64,000 nucleotides of DNA from Chrysomallon squamiferum (GCA_012295275.1 CM022677.1:14322001-14386000), one strand, 5' to 3'; numbered from the stretch's first letter, positions 42,410-56,109 are shown. Numbers and translations: made by a program. The notes: generated by a model not told the origin, from the sequence alone.

Positions 42410-43013
42410 TTATACACCTGGATTTTTCAAAAGAAATACAAATTAAAGCAACGTGAAATGACGACAGTGAGTAAAGTTTAGCGCGTGACAAAAACACGAA
42501 AATCAATAACGTTTCTCTACAAAATAAGCAGGGATTCAACTTTTCTTTTTAGTATTGTTTAATTTAATTTTTATTTTTATTTATTTTTTATTCTGGGTAA
42601 GTAACCCTTCTGGAATTGAAAAGGAAAAACACTAGCAAATACAAGGTTATAGAGTTATCTCCCAAGATAACTTGTTCCGTTAACCAACCGATAATTATTT
42701 AACTTAACGGTCTAAAAGTTCGTTAGATTTGTTGGCTGTCTTCAGTTTAGCCAATTAATGCTTGAATTGAAAAGGAAAAACAATAGCAAACACTTGCTTA
42801 TAGAGTTATCTCCTATGATAACTTGCTCCGTTAACCAACCGATAATTTTTTAAGGTATGGGTTCGAAATGTTCTCTGGTTTCACTTTAGCATTAGTGTCT
42901 ATAAATAGATGTCGGCAAATAAGGTAAGCCGATACACCAACTTATGGAATTATGGGCAATCCTTTTATGTGAATTAAATATTTGCGATAAAATTTTTGGG
43001 CGATAAACCCATA
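42135..43013. mobile_element. Non-autonomous foldback/MITE with about 110-bp TIRs and an internal about 88-bp direct repeat
   Basis: tatgggttagtcgcccaaaa...ggcttaccttaatttgccaacatcta (42135-42303) is the reverse complement of 42906-43013 apart from one insertion. TA at both ends; direct repeat at 42612-42700 and 42764-42850. Confidence 0.85.
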
Positions 43014-43446
43014 CTTTTTTTAACACCCTAGTCGCCTAAACGGAACTTTGCTCGCATTTGGTGACCTGGCGATTGGTCATTTCGAGCCCGGCATTAGCAT
43101 GGACCAATGATTTAAAAATAAAATAAAAATAGGAATCTGATTGTTTTCATACATAATAGTACATATTTTAGAATTTGAATGCTTTTTGTTTTAACGAAAA
43201 GAGTGAAAACTTAATTTGAAACATAATTTTTTATACGGCCGGTTGACGGACCTTTAATTTTTTTTCTTTTCTAAAACTGCATCAAGCGTTTTAATGAATG
43301 TAATCATTCAAATAACACGTAACCAATTTGTTTTCTTCGTGTAATACGACCTTTAATGCATTGAAAAAGGAAATAATAATTATCAAAAAAAACAACAAAA
43401 AAGGAATAGTCCGCTGTGGAGTTTTAGCAGAGTAACGTGTTCACAT

Positions 43447-43946
43447 GGTATGTTCCCAAAATTGGCAGTCTCCAGATTAGGTAAGCGGTGAGGTGTTCTA
43501 ATCCACTTCCAGAAATGGGAAAACTGGCGTGAATAATTAAGGCCAATTTAGACGCATAGGGATAACGAGATGTGTGAAGAACAGATGGGGCGATTAACGA
43601 GATTAATGAAATTAATGTTATATCTCAGTAAAATTTGGAGACAGGAAATACTACTAGAAGAGAAGAACAAGCTCTTCCAGCTGGGACTGGAGTACGTCAC
43701 GTGTACCCGGGACACGGCTTCCTACTTGTCAGCTTGCGGTGGAGTGTTTTCTGGGACATTTCGTGTATAAAGTGTGACTGAATGTGCTTTCAAATTGTGG
43801 ACAAAATATTGTTTAACAAAAGTACATCAATTAAGGTGACGGAACACCAATTAGAAAGGGTGAGCAATAAACTGCCAGAAATGGTCAACAACTGGCGTTT
43901 CCCATTAAGATGTGTTATATCTCACTGCCAGAATCGGGAATAAACC
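43447..43946 (+). mobile_element. 500-bp non-autonomous derivative of MULE family 1 with an 8-bp TSD GTTCACAT
   Basis: TSD at 43439-43446 and 43947-43954; TIRs ggtatgttcccaaaattggcagt and actgccagaatcgggaataaacc; 43660-43946 is the reverse complement of 17913-18190. Confidence 0.9.
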
Positions 43947-44009
43947 GTTCACATCATTGTGCCTAATGAAAACAATCATCTTCATATTCATGCGCCAGTG
44001 TCTCTGTAA

Positions 44010-44040
<31 letters not shown>

Positions 44041-44789
44041 CTGAAAAGAAATATGTAGTACGACACGTGTACGAGATGATTTGCACTAATAAACATAACG
44101 ATTGTTGTTCATATTACCAAACCATTTTCAACTTAATCAAAGTTTTCAAACTGAATTATTTTTCGTACAAATGCGTGCATACTAAACTGAAATTATAATT
44201 CTGTAAAAGATTAACTTTTCCAGCTGTAAATATTCCCCCTGTCAGAACGTAGCAGAAAAGAACATTCAGGTTTTACTTCTACGCATTAAATCGGCGACAT
44301 TTCTGGAGGATTTTTTCCGTGACATAATTTGTCCCGTTACGAGTTATCGTTCCTTTTGGTCCATTCTACCTGCATCTTTTCTTTCAGATTAAGAAATCTG
44401 TTTGTAATATAATTGTTATTTTAATATTGTTTAAATATTTCAGACAGAGCATGTGACTAATTACATCTCAGAAAAATGTCCACAGATACTGGATTCAAAT
44501 GATATAGTCACTATTGAGCCACCACATGTAACATTGTCAGATACCCAGTCTGATCATCTTCCAGACGACACAGATTTCCCCACTGTCATAGCCGTAACCC
44601 AGCATTAAATCTTCCCAAACATCTCCCCAATAATGAGAATCAGTTTTGTAAACCGTAAGTGAGAATGTTGATCGAGTGTTCCATTTACTTGTTGCCCTTG
44701 TATTGAGAGCGGGATGTGAATATGACAGCTGATGTAAATGCTGCTCCTGTAAGACGCTCATCTAGGTTACGAGATGGTCAGCTTATTAA

Positions 44790-44930
44790 TCCTCATAACC
44801 TACCCCTCTCTCCAGTTGCCGAGGATGGCAACATTCTAAGTTGTATGGTCATGTGACAAGACCATATATGGTAACTGCTGCCTGGAATTTAAGGGCAGAC
44901 ATTCGCAGAGAGGAAAAGACTGGTGTTCAA
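44790..44930 (+). mobile_element. Possible RTE-like LINE 3' remnant
   Basis: SKLYGHVTRP resembles L.WFGHV.R; short and degenerate. Confidence 0.3.
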
Positions 44931-44969
44931 TTCATTATTCTTTTTCCTTTTTTATTTGCTGTCATTCTT

Positions 44970-45290
44970 ATTTTCTAACGGTGCCCATCCAATATTAGAA
45001 TATGTTATTAATATTTCTATCAATTTCGCCATCGTTGAGGTCACAGCGGTCCTAGCTTTATTGCGGGTATTCCTTTTTATTCTTTAGCGCTTTTAATTAA
45101 GTATTCCTCATACTTTCTGAGGGGGCGCATCACCTATTAAAATATATTATTAATATTTCCATTAATGTCGCCGTCGTTGCCGTCGTACCAGCATTGTTCT
45201 TAACGTCTTGGTGTACTACTCGTTATTCGTTTTCGCTTTTTGTTCGCTACTGTTGTTATTTCGTGACAGTGCACGTCCTATATATTTTAT
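44970..45290 (+). repeat. Degenerate about 100-bp tandem unit (gccgtcgtt...gcattgttcttaacgtc...gtgcac.tcctatatt), array 1
   Basis: Same unit as at 4645-4810, 46580-47140 and (inverted) 48620-49370. Confidence 0.75.
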
Positions 45291-45589
45291 ATCTGTATGA
45301 ACCAAAGTATAATTAAACAAATAAGATAATCCTGGGTTTCTTAATAACCACGTTTTTTATTATTATTATTCAAATGAATAGCCAAATTAAATTTCACATT
45401 TAATTATTCATATATTTAAAAATTCAGTCAGTATAAAGACAAATTTGCTTACCTTGCTTACAGCTGCACGAGTTGTGAAGAAAACAGAGAAATAATTTAA
45501 CTTTAATAATTCACGAAGGACAAGGAACATTAGCTGAACAAGACTTGGTAATTATGTTATTACTGGTGATTTGGTTCCACATCTGCCCA

Positions 45590-46590
45590 ATGTCTCAACA
45601 TGTCACTGAACAAAGGCCAATCTGTTTATAATCCATGATGCCCATATTTAACACGACATGATTGATGATCTCTTTGTATCTGTGGACATCTGTCAGCCTT
45701 TCTTATTCTCAAGAATATGCTTCTGTTTTATTTTGTTCTGTTTCAACTTGAGGACTACAATCACCACCACGCAATACATCATTATTACATACTCTTCTTC
45801 TAGTCCGAGTCCTTGAACCATTGGGAACACATGTTACTGAACATGTACTTGGTGGTATATAACCTGTCTAGGAACCCCAAAAAGGACATATTGGTTTAGT
45901 ACAAGGTACTCGGCTGGTGTTAGTTTGAGGAGATTTGGCACCACAACCGTTTTTGGTAGCAACATCATTGATGCAGATTCTGGTTATTGAAGCCGATCTT
46001 GTAATTCCTGTTCCACAGTTGGCAGATAAATCACCATATGTAAATTCGGACCATGGACCCGTGTATGGGCAAGTATATGCTTAGATTCTTGCTTAGTTTC
46101 GTTTTGAGGTTAAGTAGCACCACAAGCATTATTGTGGCTATTGTCATTATTGCAGATGCTCATCCGTCGTTCTGTCCACTGACCACCAGGACCACATGTT
46201 ACTGAACATGGAGTTATTGCTGTGAAGTCTGACCAATGTGACCAGTCTGGGCATGGTTTTGATGGACAAGCCACAACAGTTCTGTCTACATCAGGGGACT
46301 TTGCACACAACCAGTTTTAGAGGGGATGTCATTCTGACACGTTCTTGTTCTTGTCTGAGTTCAGTTTATGCTATTACCACATGAGATTGATCATTCGATG
46401 TAAATATATCCTGACAATGCTCCCCTGTTTGCTGTTGATGTTCCTGGTTTCAGTTCTGGTGAAAGTGAACAACAACCTGTTCGTTTAGCTGTAACGTTAT
46501 TGCATACTCTCGATACCGTTGTCATTGTTACAAATTCTGATTCTGCATGTTGTTTCGCTTTTTATAAACTATTGTACTGTGCGCACCCTA
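45590..46590 (-). pseudogene. Uninterrupted array of about 5-6 thrombospondin type-1 repeats with stops and frameshifts
   Basis: TRTRTCQND; CPDWSHWSDFTAITPCSVTCGPGG; GPWSEFTYGDLSANCGTG..RICIND; CPFWGS*..STCSVTCVPNGSRTRTRRRVCNND. Confidence 0.88.
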
Positions 46591-47140
46591 TATTAAAAAA
46601 TAGTATTATTATTACTATTACTATTGTCTGCGTTGTCCTGCACGATATTTATGTCTTTGTCATTATTCTTTTGAGGATTTTTATTAATTGCTGTCCTTAA
46701 TTTCTTAGTGTGTAGATCCTATTAAAAAATATATTGTTGCTATTTGTATTCATGTCGACGTCGTACCTGCGTTGTGTAGTTTAATTATTGTGCTTTTCAT
46801 TAACTATTATTATCATTTTTGTATGTGCGCTTCCTGTATTACAATATATTATTATTACCAGTATTATTACTTTTTTCTTCTGTTAATGACGGTATCATTG
46901 CCGTCGTGGCTGCATTGTTCTTAACGTTTTTGGTTTACTTCTCTTTATCCTGTTGCGCATGTTAATAACTTTGTTAAACTATATTAAAATACATTATTAT
47001 TGTTACTATTAACGTCACCGCAGCTGTTGTTCTTCGCTCTTTATTATTATTATTATTATTAACGTCGCCATCATTGAAGTCGTGCCTGCGTTGTACTCCT
47101 AGTTATGTTGTCTTTTTCAGTAACTGTTATTCTTACTTTC
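46580..47140 (+). repeat. Degenerate about 100-bp tandem unit, array 2
   Basis: Repeated gtcgt(a/g)cctgcgttgt and cctatattaaaa motifs. Confidence 0.75.
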
Positions 47141-48619
47141 GTAGAGTTAAATACTACAAAATAAAAATAAAATAAAATAAAATAAATAAATAAATAAATA
47201 AATAAGAAAGAAAAACGCCTTCAGCTAACACCACAGCTGTTTATACGACAAAACTGAGATTGAGCTAAATATTTTAATGTTTGTTATGACTTCATCAAAC
47301 CTGATCAAAAAGAATTCTCTGTCTTAGAAAATACGATATGTCCTTTAGACGAAATATTAACATTAAAATTATATTCACGTTATTAAAATTTAATTCTTAA
47401 TATGCACATTTTCAATGAAAAATAGGATTCCTTCGGTAATGTCATTAGCTATACAACACATTACATTGAAACACACACACACACACACACATAGATTTTG
47501 TTTTTCCCAAAAATTAATGTCCTCGTTGTATACTGAAAAATGATGGTCTTTCATATTAAGATATTTTATTATTAACAGAAACAGGACTATACCGAAAAGC
47601 GTGATATGCTAGATGAAGATTGTAGTTTCTACTGTATTGATGTTACTGACAATATGTGGTATTTTATTTGTATGACCATAATAACATGAGATTCCGCGAC
47701 ATAATTTACATCTCTCTCTCTCTACATGAAATTACATGATTAACGTAATATTAACCTTCCGTTTTTACAGAAAAAAATAAAATAAAATAATAATCATAAA
47801 GAAGCGAGAAGGCGCGATATTAAGGTGTTATTATTGTTGTCATTGTTCTATTATTGACAAATACAATGCTTGTTATGTAGATTATTACTGGTGGAGCGGT
47901 TATACTAATATCTAATGTAATAAGAGAACTTCAGGTATAATATGAAATCTAAAGTATATTACACTATACAACTTGCGCTGATGTACACCTTGAATGTAAT
48001 GAAAAAATAAAATTTCAATTATCATAATAAAACAACATGTTAACCTTGTTTGTTCTCAGCTAATCACTATAAACTGTCGTGATTCCAGGGAATTAACTCA
48101 GAGATGTTTAAATGTAACCTGTTCGATATTAACAAAATCTGACATTAACATTTCTCAACATACTTAACAGTAAAAACCACCGCTCAACTAGCAGTTGATT
48201 TTCACCTTTTTTTTTTTACACGTAATTAAGCCGCTTATTTTCATTATGCCATGCAAAATTATCATTTATGATTGTCATTAATATCTAATAGATTATATGT
48301 GATTATCAATATTTTATGTAGTGTTCGACGTACAGTAAAATTACACCTTTTTAGTTCACGATTTAGAATTAGTAAAATTATCATATTACATTAAAAAACA
48401 ACACGGCTGTATTTTCTAAAACAATGTGTTAATATTACCGCTACATCTGTTGAGAAACTAATGACCTCTAATGCAGATAGTGATGGCTGCGTTAAAACTG
48501 CAAGTGGTATTTTCATGACGCTGAGTCAAGTATCTGTGTGTGTCTCCGTGTCTGCTGAACATTAAGCTTACCTTTCAGCAACTTCTTTTCAATGATCCAT
48601 TTCCTCATCCACGCAACAA

Positions 48620-50267
48620 TCAGGTGTACATCAAGACGTTAAGAACAATGCTGGAACGACGGTAATGACGGCCTCATCAATAGAAAGAGTAATGATAGTT
48701 TTTAATGTCGGATGTGGACACGAATTGTAATACTTAATAAAAGGCAAAATAATAAGTTGAACGTTGAAAACAACGCCGTTACAACGGTGATGACGACAAC
48801 ATTAATAAACGTAATAATAATATATTTTAATATAGGACGGGCCGGGTCAGAAAATATAAATAACTGTGAATAAAAAAATAAAAGGAATGATGAAGAGTGC
48901 ACCAATAACTTTAGGAACGGCGACATTAACAGAAATCACAATAACATATTTCAATAGGTGATGCTCCTGCTCAGAAAGTATGAGGAATGATTCATAAAAA
49001 AAAGCTAAAGAATAATGAGACCTCTACGAAAGCTAGAAACAACGCCGTTACGACGTCGACGATGGTGATATTGATAGAAATGGTAATAATGCATTTTAGT
49101 ATAAGATTTAAACACTAAAAAAAGTATCAATAATAGTTAATAAAAATGAAAACAATGCCGTTACGACGGTAGCGACGGCGACCTTAATAGAAATACAGGA
49201 GGCGCACGGACACAAAATAAGAGAACAGCGAATAAAAAGCGAAAAAGAATAACGAGATGTACACCAAGACGTTAAGAACAATACTGGAACGACGGCAATG
49301 ACGGCCTCATTAATAGAAAGAGTAATGATATTTTTTAACGTAGGATGTGGACACGAATTGCCATACTTAATGAAAGGGAAAAGAATATTTTTTATTTTTT
49401 TCAGAGCAGATGTTTTCAGATGTATTGGTAAATTCCTGCACAATAATAAGCAACTTATTCTAGTGTGAGTTGTAAGCTTTGTGGTTTTATTTGGTGCATT
49501 AATATAAATTATAAGAAGAAAGAAAAAATAGGTTAAAAAAAAATAACAACACCGTTTATTTGAAGTTTACGGTGAACGATTGGCTAATAATAAAAAAAAT
49601 ATAAATAAATAAATAAATAAATAAAAGAAAAACCACATCGATTTATAATTTTTTATTTTATTTGTTTTGAACATTAATTTAATACTTTTTTGATTATTTT
49701 TTTTTTTAGTATTTTATTTGCAGAAAAATGCGGGATGATTTCGATCTTAGCGGATTTACTTTCTTGTTGGATGTTCGAAGAATAGTCTACAGAATTGGGA
49801 TAATCGCATTATCATGCAACAAAAAAGTTGCTCAATGTATTTCATTTTGTGAAGGAGACAGGTATTACTATTTATTATTATCGTTGTTAATGTGTTTGGA
49901 TAGTTTTCGTTTTATTTAATTATAATTTAAAAGTCATACACGTGATGGCAGCCATCTTATTTTGGAATAATATTTATTTATTTATTTATTTTCACTTTTT
50001 TTTTTTTTTTTTTTTTGGAAAATAACGACACTCGATTAATAATAAAATTCACCAGTGGTTGTATTAATGTGAACAGCATAAACAATGTCATATAAACAAG
50101 AAATCATGTTTAGTCTTCAATTTTGTTTTACCAATCACTATGATATATCGGGGGCAAATTTTGTGTGACCAGTAATTAAATTTGTTTTAAAATAAACTGA
50201 CTTGTGTAGCACACATCACACGACTATGTGTCAACTGTCAAAGAATGTATTTATTTATTTATTTATT

Positions 50268-50312
<45 letters not shown>

Positions 50313-50540
50313 TTGAAATAAACTAATAAACCATTTTAAAAAATATGCTAATTTTGTTTCACAGGTTGTTTTCTGTCAGTTTTTTTTATGATTTTTGTTT
50401 TTAAATTCATGTTAAATTCATGCTCTATACATTATTAAACATATTTAATTGATTTTTTAAACATATTAAAGGTTATAATGGGTGGGGCTATAAATGGTTT
50501 CATTATTTAAGCTAAATACCTGTATAGCTCTATGTTAAAA
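48620..50540 (-). repeat. Inverted module: about 100-bp unit array (48620-49370) plus the about 1.2-kb segment inverted to 3495-4640
   Basis: See 3495-4815; aacaa(t/c)gccgttac(g/a)acg is repeated. Confidence 0.88.
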
Positions 50541-52640
50541 CATTGTGCATGGCAAGTGAGCTGTATAGCATCCACACATTGCTGTCAAAGAGGCTGTATC
50601 CGTAGCACAACCACACCTTATCATTTCCATCACCTCCGGTGGAGCAACACTAATGTTTGGTTGCAATGTTACTGGGATCAAGCATCTAGTGCGTTCGTCA
50701 TGTTCCCATCCGAACTCGACAGGATCTAATGCTGGAGGTTCTGAGTTGAGAGCTGATTTCCAAATGGCAGTCAGAATGTGCGCCTGCTTTACATTCTCTT
50801 CGAATGCCTCTTTATAAAGTTGGAAGTGACTTAAGCTCTGGAGCCTGTGTCAAATTTTTTCTACCCATACTTCTCCACGTACCTCAGACATGTTCGATGT
50901 CACCAAGCTTTTGACCCCATAGCAGGCAGCCATGAATGTTGTCACGTCTTCAATGATGTCAGCTACGTCCTCAGATAATACGCCCAATTTGAGCAGTTCC
51001 ACACCACTTTTAAGGACTTTGATGATGGTGCTTTTTCCTATTCCAAAGCACTGTGCCACAGTGTCATAGCCTGAGAGGGCATGGGTGGCTGGCAGTTGTG
51101 AAAGCAAGTGCCCATGTTCACTTGCAGTTGCCCCAATGTCTATAGTTGGTCCTTCCATTGAAAGACGACAGGTCAGGTTCAACTTTGCGTAGAAGTGCAG
51201 CAGGAGGACAAAAACGTCTGTGTTCTCACATACGATGTTGATTCTTTTTCACGCCACTTTCAGCTGCCTTAACCATCTGCTGTATGATTATTACATCCAC
51301 TTCTTCGTCATCAGATCTTCCATACAACTGAATTACAACTGGTACAGAGTCAGTAGAGGTAATGACCAGACTGAGTTCATTCGGCTCGTCCTGTGCTTTC
51401 TGGATCAAATTGTAAGGACAATGTTCTGGGGTGGCAATGGAGTATGTAACTGCAGTTTGTGTTGTCGGCTCGCTTCGTCACCAGCTCGAGCTGCCCAAGT
51501 TCCACTTTTAATGATGAAGTCGAAGTAGCGATCAAAGATCAGGTTTGTGTCCTGGCTTGCCACCTTTTTCATCACATTCCTCATGAAGCCGTTGACAAAA
51601 TCTGCCACAGTTCCTTGATTAGGCAGGTCATAAAATTGTTCAATCAACCCTTTCCTGTTTAAGACAACACCGAGCACAATCTGGAGGGTTGTGAATCTAC
51701 CACTTATGGCATTAGTAACAATGTTTCTGATGAGAGCGGCTGGTAAGGTGTGGTCCAACTTTATAGAAAGCTTTGATAGCAAGGATAACAAAGTGGAACT
51801 GACACAGTCTAGGGCAATGTCCATATCAACTCTGGCATGATAGTTCTTGTCATCAACTAATGATTCCTTTACATCACGGACAATCTAGTGAGCAACCTTT
51901 TCCAGTCCAATCTCAACATCATCTTCATCACTGCTCGGCACTAATCTCAACAAACTGGATGCTTTACTTCGAAACACGAGCAGACTAGCAACACCTGTGC
52001 CACTCAGCACAAGAAGATCCGAACCAAAGTATTCTAACAACTTGGAGACTAAGGTTCGGCGGCTAATGTCTCTTCCACCATTGGACTGGTATAGGTCGTA
52101 TACTTCGATGGAATTCCACACTCGCGATGAATCTGCTCTCACTGCACTGACTGTTGTTTCAAAAGCCACATCCTCCACCTCTTGGCTACTACTAGATGCT
52201 GCTGAACAAAACTTCTTGTAACAGTCTGTGTGGTATCTACCATCTGCTGCATGCAGATCACTCACCGCCCCAGCCAAACGTGTCTCTACCTAGCATGCCC
52301 AGTCGTCGTGACGAGATTTACAGACATCTAGAAGGTTTCCTTAAAAGTATTTCTCCCCTCACCATGGTCCGCTGTCCTACAAAGAACAACCCTTCCGGAC
52401 CAACGCAGACGTTTTCCTGCAGATGACTCTTCAGAATCTTTTGATGCACTCAGTTTATTCAAGTGTCTCTTGATGTGAGTTCCTTCTTGCTTCCATCTTC
52501 TTTACAAAAGATGCAGCACCCTTCCATCTTTCAGCTCTACCCGAAAGAGAAGATGTACGTGAGCCACTTTGGCTACTTGTTCATCCGCTAAATTCACCGG
52601 TCCAGAGGTAATCCACAGCGAAGTGAAGACAGCACTAACG
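50540..52640 (-). mobile_element. Academ (XPG-type) transposon, internally deleted and degenerate
   Basis: DLHAADGRYHTDCYKKF; IFDRY...IKSGT..ARAG; DEEVDVIIIQQ; TDVFVLLLHFY; HALSGYDTVAQCFGIGK (XPG/FEN1-like); RAH....IWK and a Cys-rich C-terminus. Confidence 0.8.
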
Positions 52641-53233
52641 CACAGTAAAATGTCATGACATAAACCAAGTATCCATATAAAAAATAAATAAATATATATA
52701 TATATACACACATTGCGTTCAAATATTAATTATGTTCTTAATTACAGCAATTCTTAAGGTGTCCCTGGATCGAGTGCTTTCAATATAGTCTCGAAGCAAT
52801 ACTTCGGGATTCTGTGGCAGTGACGTCATGTATATTCTCTAACCGATTCATTTTTATTATATGAATGAATTATAACATAATAATAGCATGCAAAACAATG
52901 TAAAAAAATAAACTCTTGTGAATTTGAAAAAATTACCAATATATTTACTTAATGTTGTGCGGTGCATACATTAAACAAATGCACTTGGTGAGAAATTAAT
53001 AAGTTACAGAGAACACGATTATTTTCCCGTTCCGAATACTTTACTTTGTTATTTCTCTTTCGATTATGTGAGCAAGTAGATTATATTTTCCCAAACAATT
53101 TAACAAGATAAAAAAAAAATGCATTTAAAAAAATTAAAGAATAAACAAATTATCTTGAATGTACTCATTATTATTTATATAAATAAATTAAGTATGAAAC
53201 AATTTTCCTTTTTTTTTTTCGTCCTTCCAAAAG

Positions 53234-54526
53234 TCATGTATCTGCTCGCTTTGTCACCAACTCGAGCTGCCCGCATTCCACTTCTAATGTTGAAGTCGAA
53301 TAGCGATCAAAGATCAGGTTTGTGTCCTGGCTTGCCACCCTTTTCATCACATTCCTCGTGAAGCCATTGACAAAATCTGCCACAGTTCCTTGATTAGGCC
53401 AGTTTATAACCCAAAGGATAGCACAGCCATCCAGTATTTCTACCTCTGATTTTTCAACCAAACGCTGGGACACAGTCACCTGCAGCTTCTTCTCCAGCGT
53501 TGATTTCGTTGTTGCAATTCTCATTTTGCCTTCATCATCAAACATTTAGGTAGGCACGGGTGACAGTTCATGCGCAAGGACAGTTTTGATATCGATGCAA
53601 GTCAGAAGTTTATCTCATATCTTGTCCCTGTCCTTGGCATGCGAAGTGATGCGCGATGGCTTCTCTTCTTTATGACTCGTCACCTCCCTCTCCCCACTGT
53701 CATCGGACATGTGCGCAATATCTTGAACGATCATGCTGCAGGTGTGCATACTGTATGCCCATCGTTTTAGGGTTTCGGGCTTCAGGGTTATGCCTATGAT
53801 TCCATTTGGACCATGCCCATAATGCATGAAGGTTGTCTCTATCCACATGTTGGACCAGATCCCGTTCCAGAGTCCCAGCTTGTGTTGCATGGTGTGTTCA
53901 CCTCTCATGAAGCTCTGAAGCACTTCAGGTGGAAGATGCTTCATTGTACTCCGGTAGTACAACCCGTATCTCGTGCAGTTGAAGTGAGCAGAGGCAAAAA
54001 ATACAGCATCATTTGCTCTACTGCCCAGAGGTGGAGTGGCCAGTCTGCCTTTCGTTCGGCCCGCATGAAGACCATCACGACGAAGACAGGTTTTATCAGG
54101 TTCTGAACCCAGGCGAGTTGTGATGCTTCTTAAGGAGATGCTTTCAAGCGCTCCAAGCATCTCCTCATACTTTCACAACCTTCCAGATGTGCATGCAACA
54201 GTTCTTCTGCAACTAACCGAAGGGCTCTAAAAATATTGGTGTGATCTTGACTGAAATGGCTTAATCTGATTCTTTACCCCTCAAAACATAAGGATAGACA
54301 CCAAAATTATTTCGATACCATGCATAGTTACTGAGATATTGACAAAAACAAGATTTTCAGTAACGGCGGCCTTAATTTGCATATTGTGCGGATTGCCCAA
54401 GGATGACAGAGTGGCATCCTCCAGATTCTTAAAGAGCGCATCTCGGAGGTATAGAAACAGCAAAAAAACTTTGTACGGACTGTATTGCAAGGTTCTCCAA
54501 AAATCTGGGGTTTGGCAACCAGACTA
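53234..54526 (-). mobile_element. Academ transposase central fragment plus terminal repeat (54270-54526)
   Basis: FFASAHFNCTRYGLYY..M..LP; WNGIWSNMWIETTFM.YGHGP.GIIGITLKPETLKRWA; HELSPVP..MFDDEGKMR..TKS.L; ILDGCAILW. The end ...ggcaaccagacta gives a 5'-TAG terminus, as recalled for Academ. Confidence 0.8.
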
Positions 54527-56109
54527 TGATGTTGGCTATGAAGTTGTATCAGTAGAAGGTGCTGTCCAGCTCTGAGGAAAAAGTTTGCTGCCATTGGAAT
54601 TATTCTAAACCTCCCTCTCTCTCTCTATGACAGATACATATATAACTACAAAGGTAAATCAATTTAAAAAATAGTTTTTCAGGAACTGCTCTGTACTCAA
54701 GAAGAGTTAATTCTGTGAGATCACCACAGGAGAGAAATGTCATCAAAGAATATGGCAGAACAGGAACATCTGTAGAGGTTGTTGTTATAGTAGTAGTATT
54801 AGTCATTGCCATTGTTGTAGTAATGTAGTTGTTACAGCATTAGTACTTGTAGCATTAAAAATAAACTACTTTTTGCAGCAATGATGTAGAATTGATCTTG
54901 GTGATGTTTTACTTGATGATGCTATCTCCAAAGCTTTGTAATAGTAATGTATCTTGTGAGACTGGTTGTAGTGATGGTAGTAGTAGTAGTAGCAGCAGTA
55001 CTGACAGTAGTTGTTTTAGAGAAATTGTTATGACAAATGTAACAAGAAGAGTAATATAACAACAGCAATAGTAGTAGTAACAGTAGTCATAATTGTTGTT
55101 GTTGTAGTAATTTTAATAATATTAGTATAAAGAAATACAGGCATAGGACTAATAGTGAAGAGAGTAAAAATTATCACTTTTATTATTAATGCATAGTAAT
55201 TTTAACAATAGGAGTATTATTTTAATAACAGTAACCCTAGTTGAATAAGGAATAATAGTAAATATTAGTTATAGTAATGATGATAATAAAAGTAGTATAG
55301 TAGTGTTGCAGTAAATGTAGCAGTATTTTATTTATGTTTTATTTGAGGCAGTGCACCCACCAGTCACTCTGACCAGTGAGTCGTCCAGTCTCTAGTCCAA
55401 TGTCAGCATCCACTCAGTTGTGTGAAAGTTCTGCTGATGAACAGCTCAGTTTTGGTGATCTGGAAATGCCGAGGATATTGAAACTAACCATATTTGACAG
55501 GATTAACTTGGAGAGTCTTACACCAGGTCACCAATCTCAACTGTCAGATGTCAGTGTTTTTATAGATATATCAATAATCTCCATCAAATATAAATATATA
55601 ACCACAAGTTTTTCTCCTTTTACTGAAAATCATTATTTTAGTTCTATTTATATTAACTTTAAGTCTCCATTGTTGGCAGTAATTGGCAAAAAAAGTTAAG
55701 ATTATGTTGTAGAACATCCAGTGATTCTGCTAACAGTATTGTATCATCAGCATACAGTAGAATAAAAAGCTTTAATTAAACATTAAATTCTTCACTAAAC
55801 ATTGTTGTGATTGCCCTACGCTTTGCTATCTATAAGAAATTCCTCTAAGCCATTTAGAAAAACAGAAAATAAAAATGGTGAGAGATTATCTCTTTGCCTG
55901 ACACCGATTTCACAATCAAACAAACCATTCGCTATAATATTAGCCTTAGTATCTTCATACATATACTCTAACAAAAACGAAACGCAAAAGTAGATTTTAT
56001 TGTCATTGGGAATAACTATCAACAGAAAGCAGCAGAATGTTCACATTTTACACACACTTTTACAGTTCATTAATATTGATTGCATTACATTGAAAAGGTT
56101 AAAGTTCAA

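Noticed and set aside
52750-53030. Possible Kolobok-like end (ttaaggtgtccc...)
   Set aside because: No matching opposite terminus found by eye.
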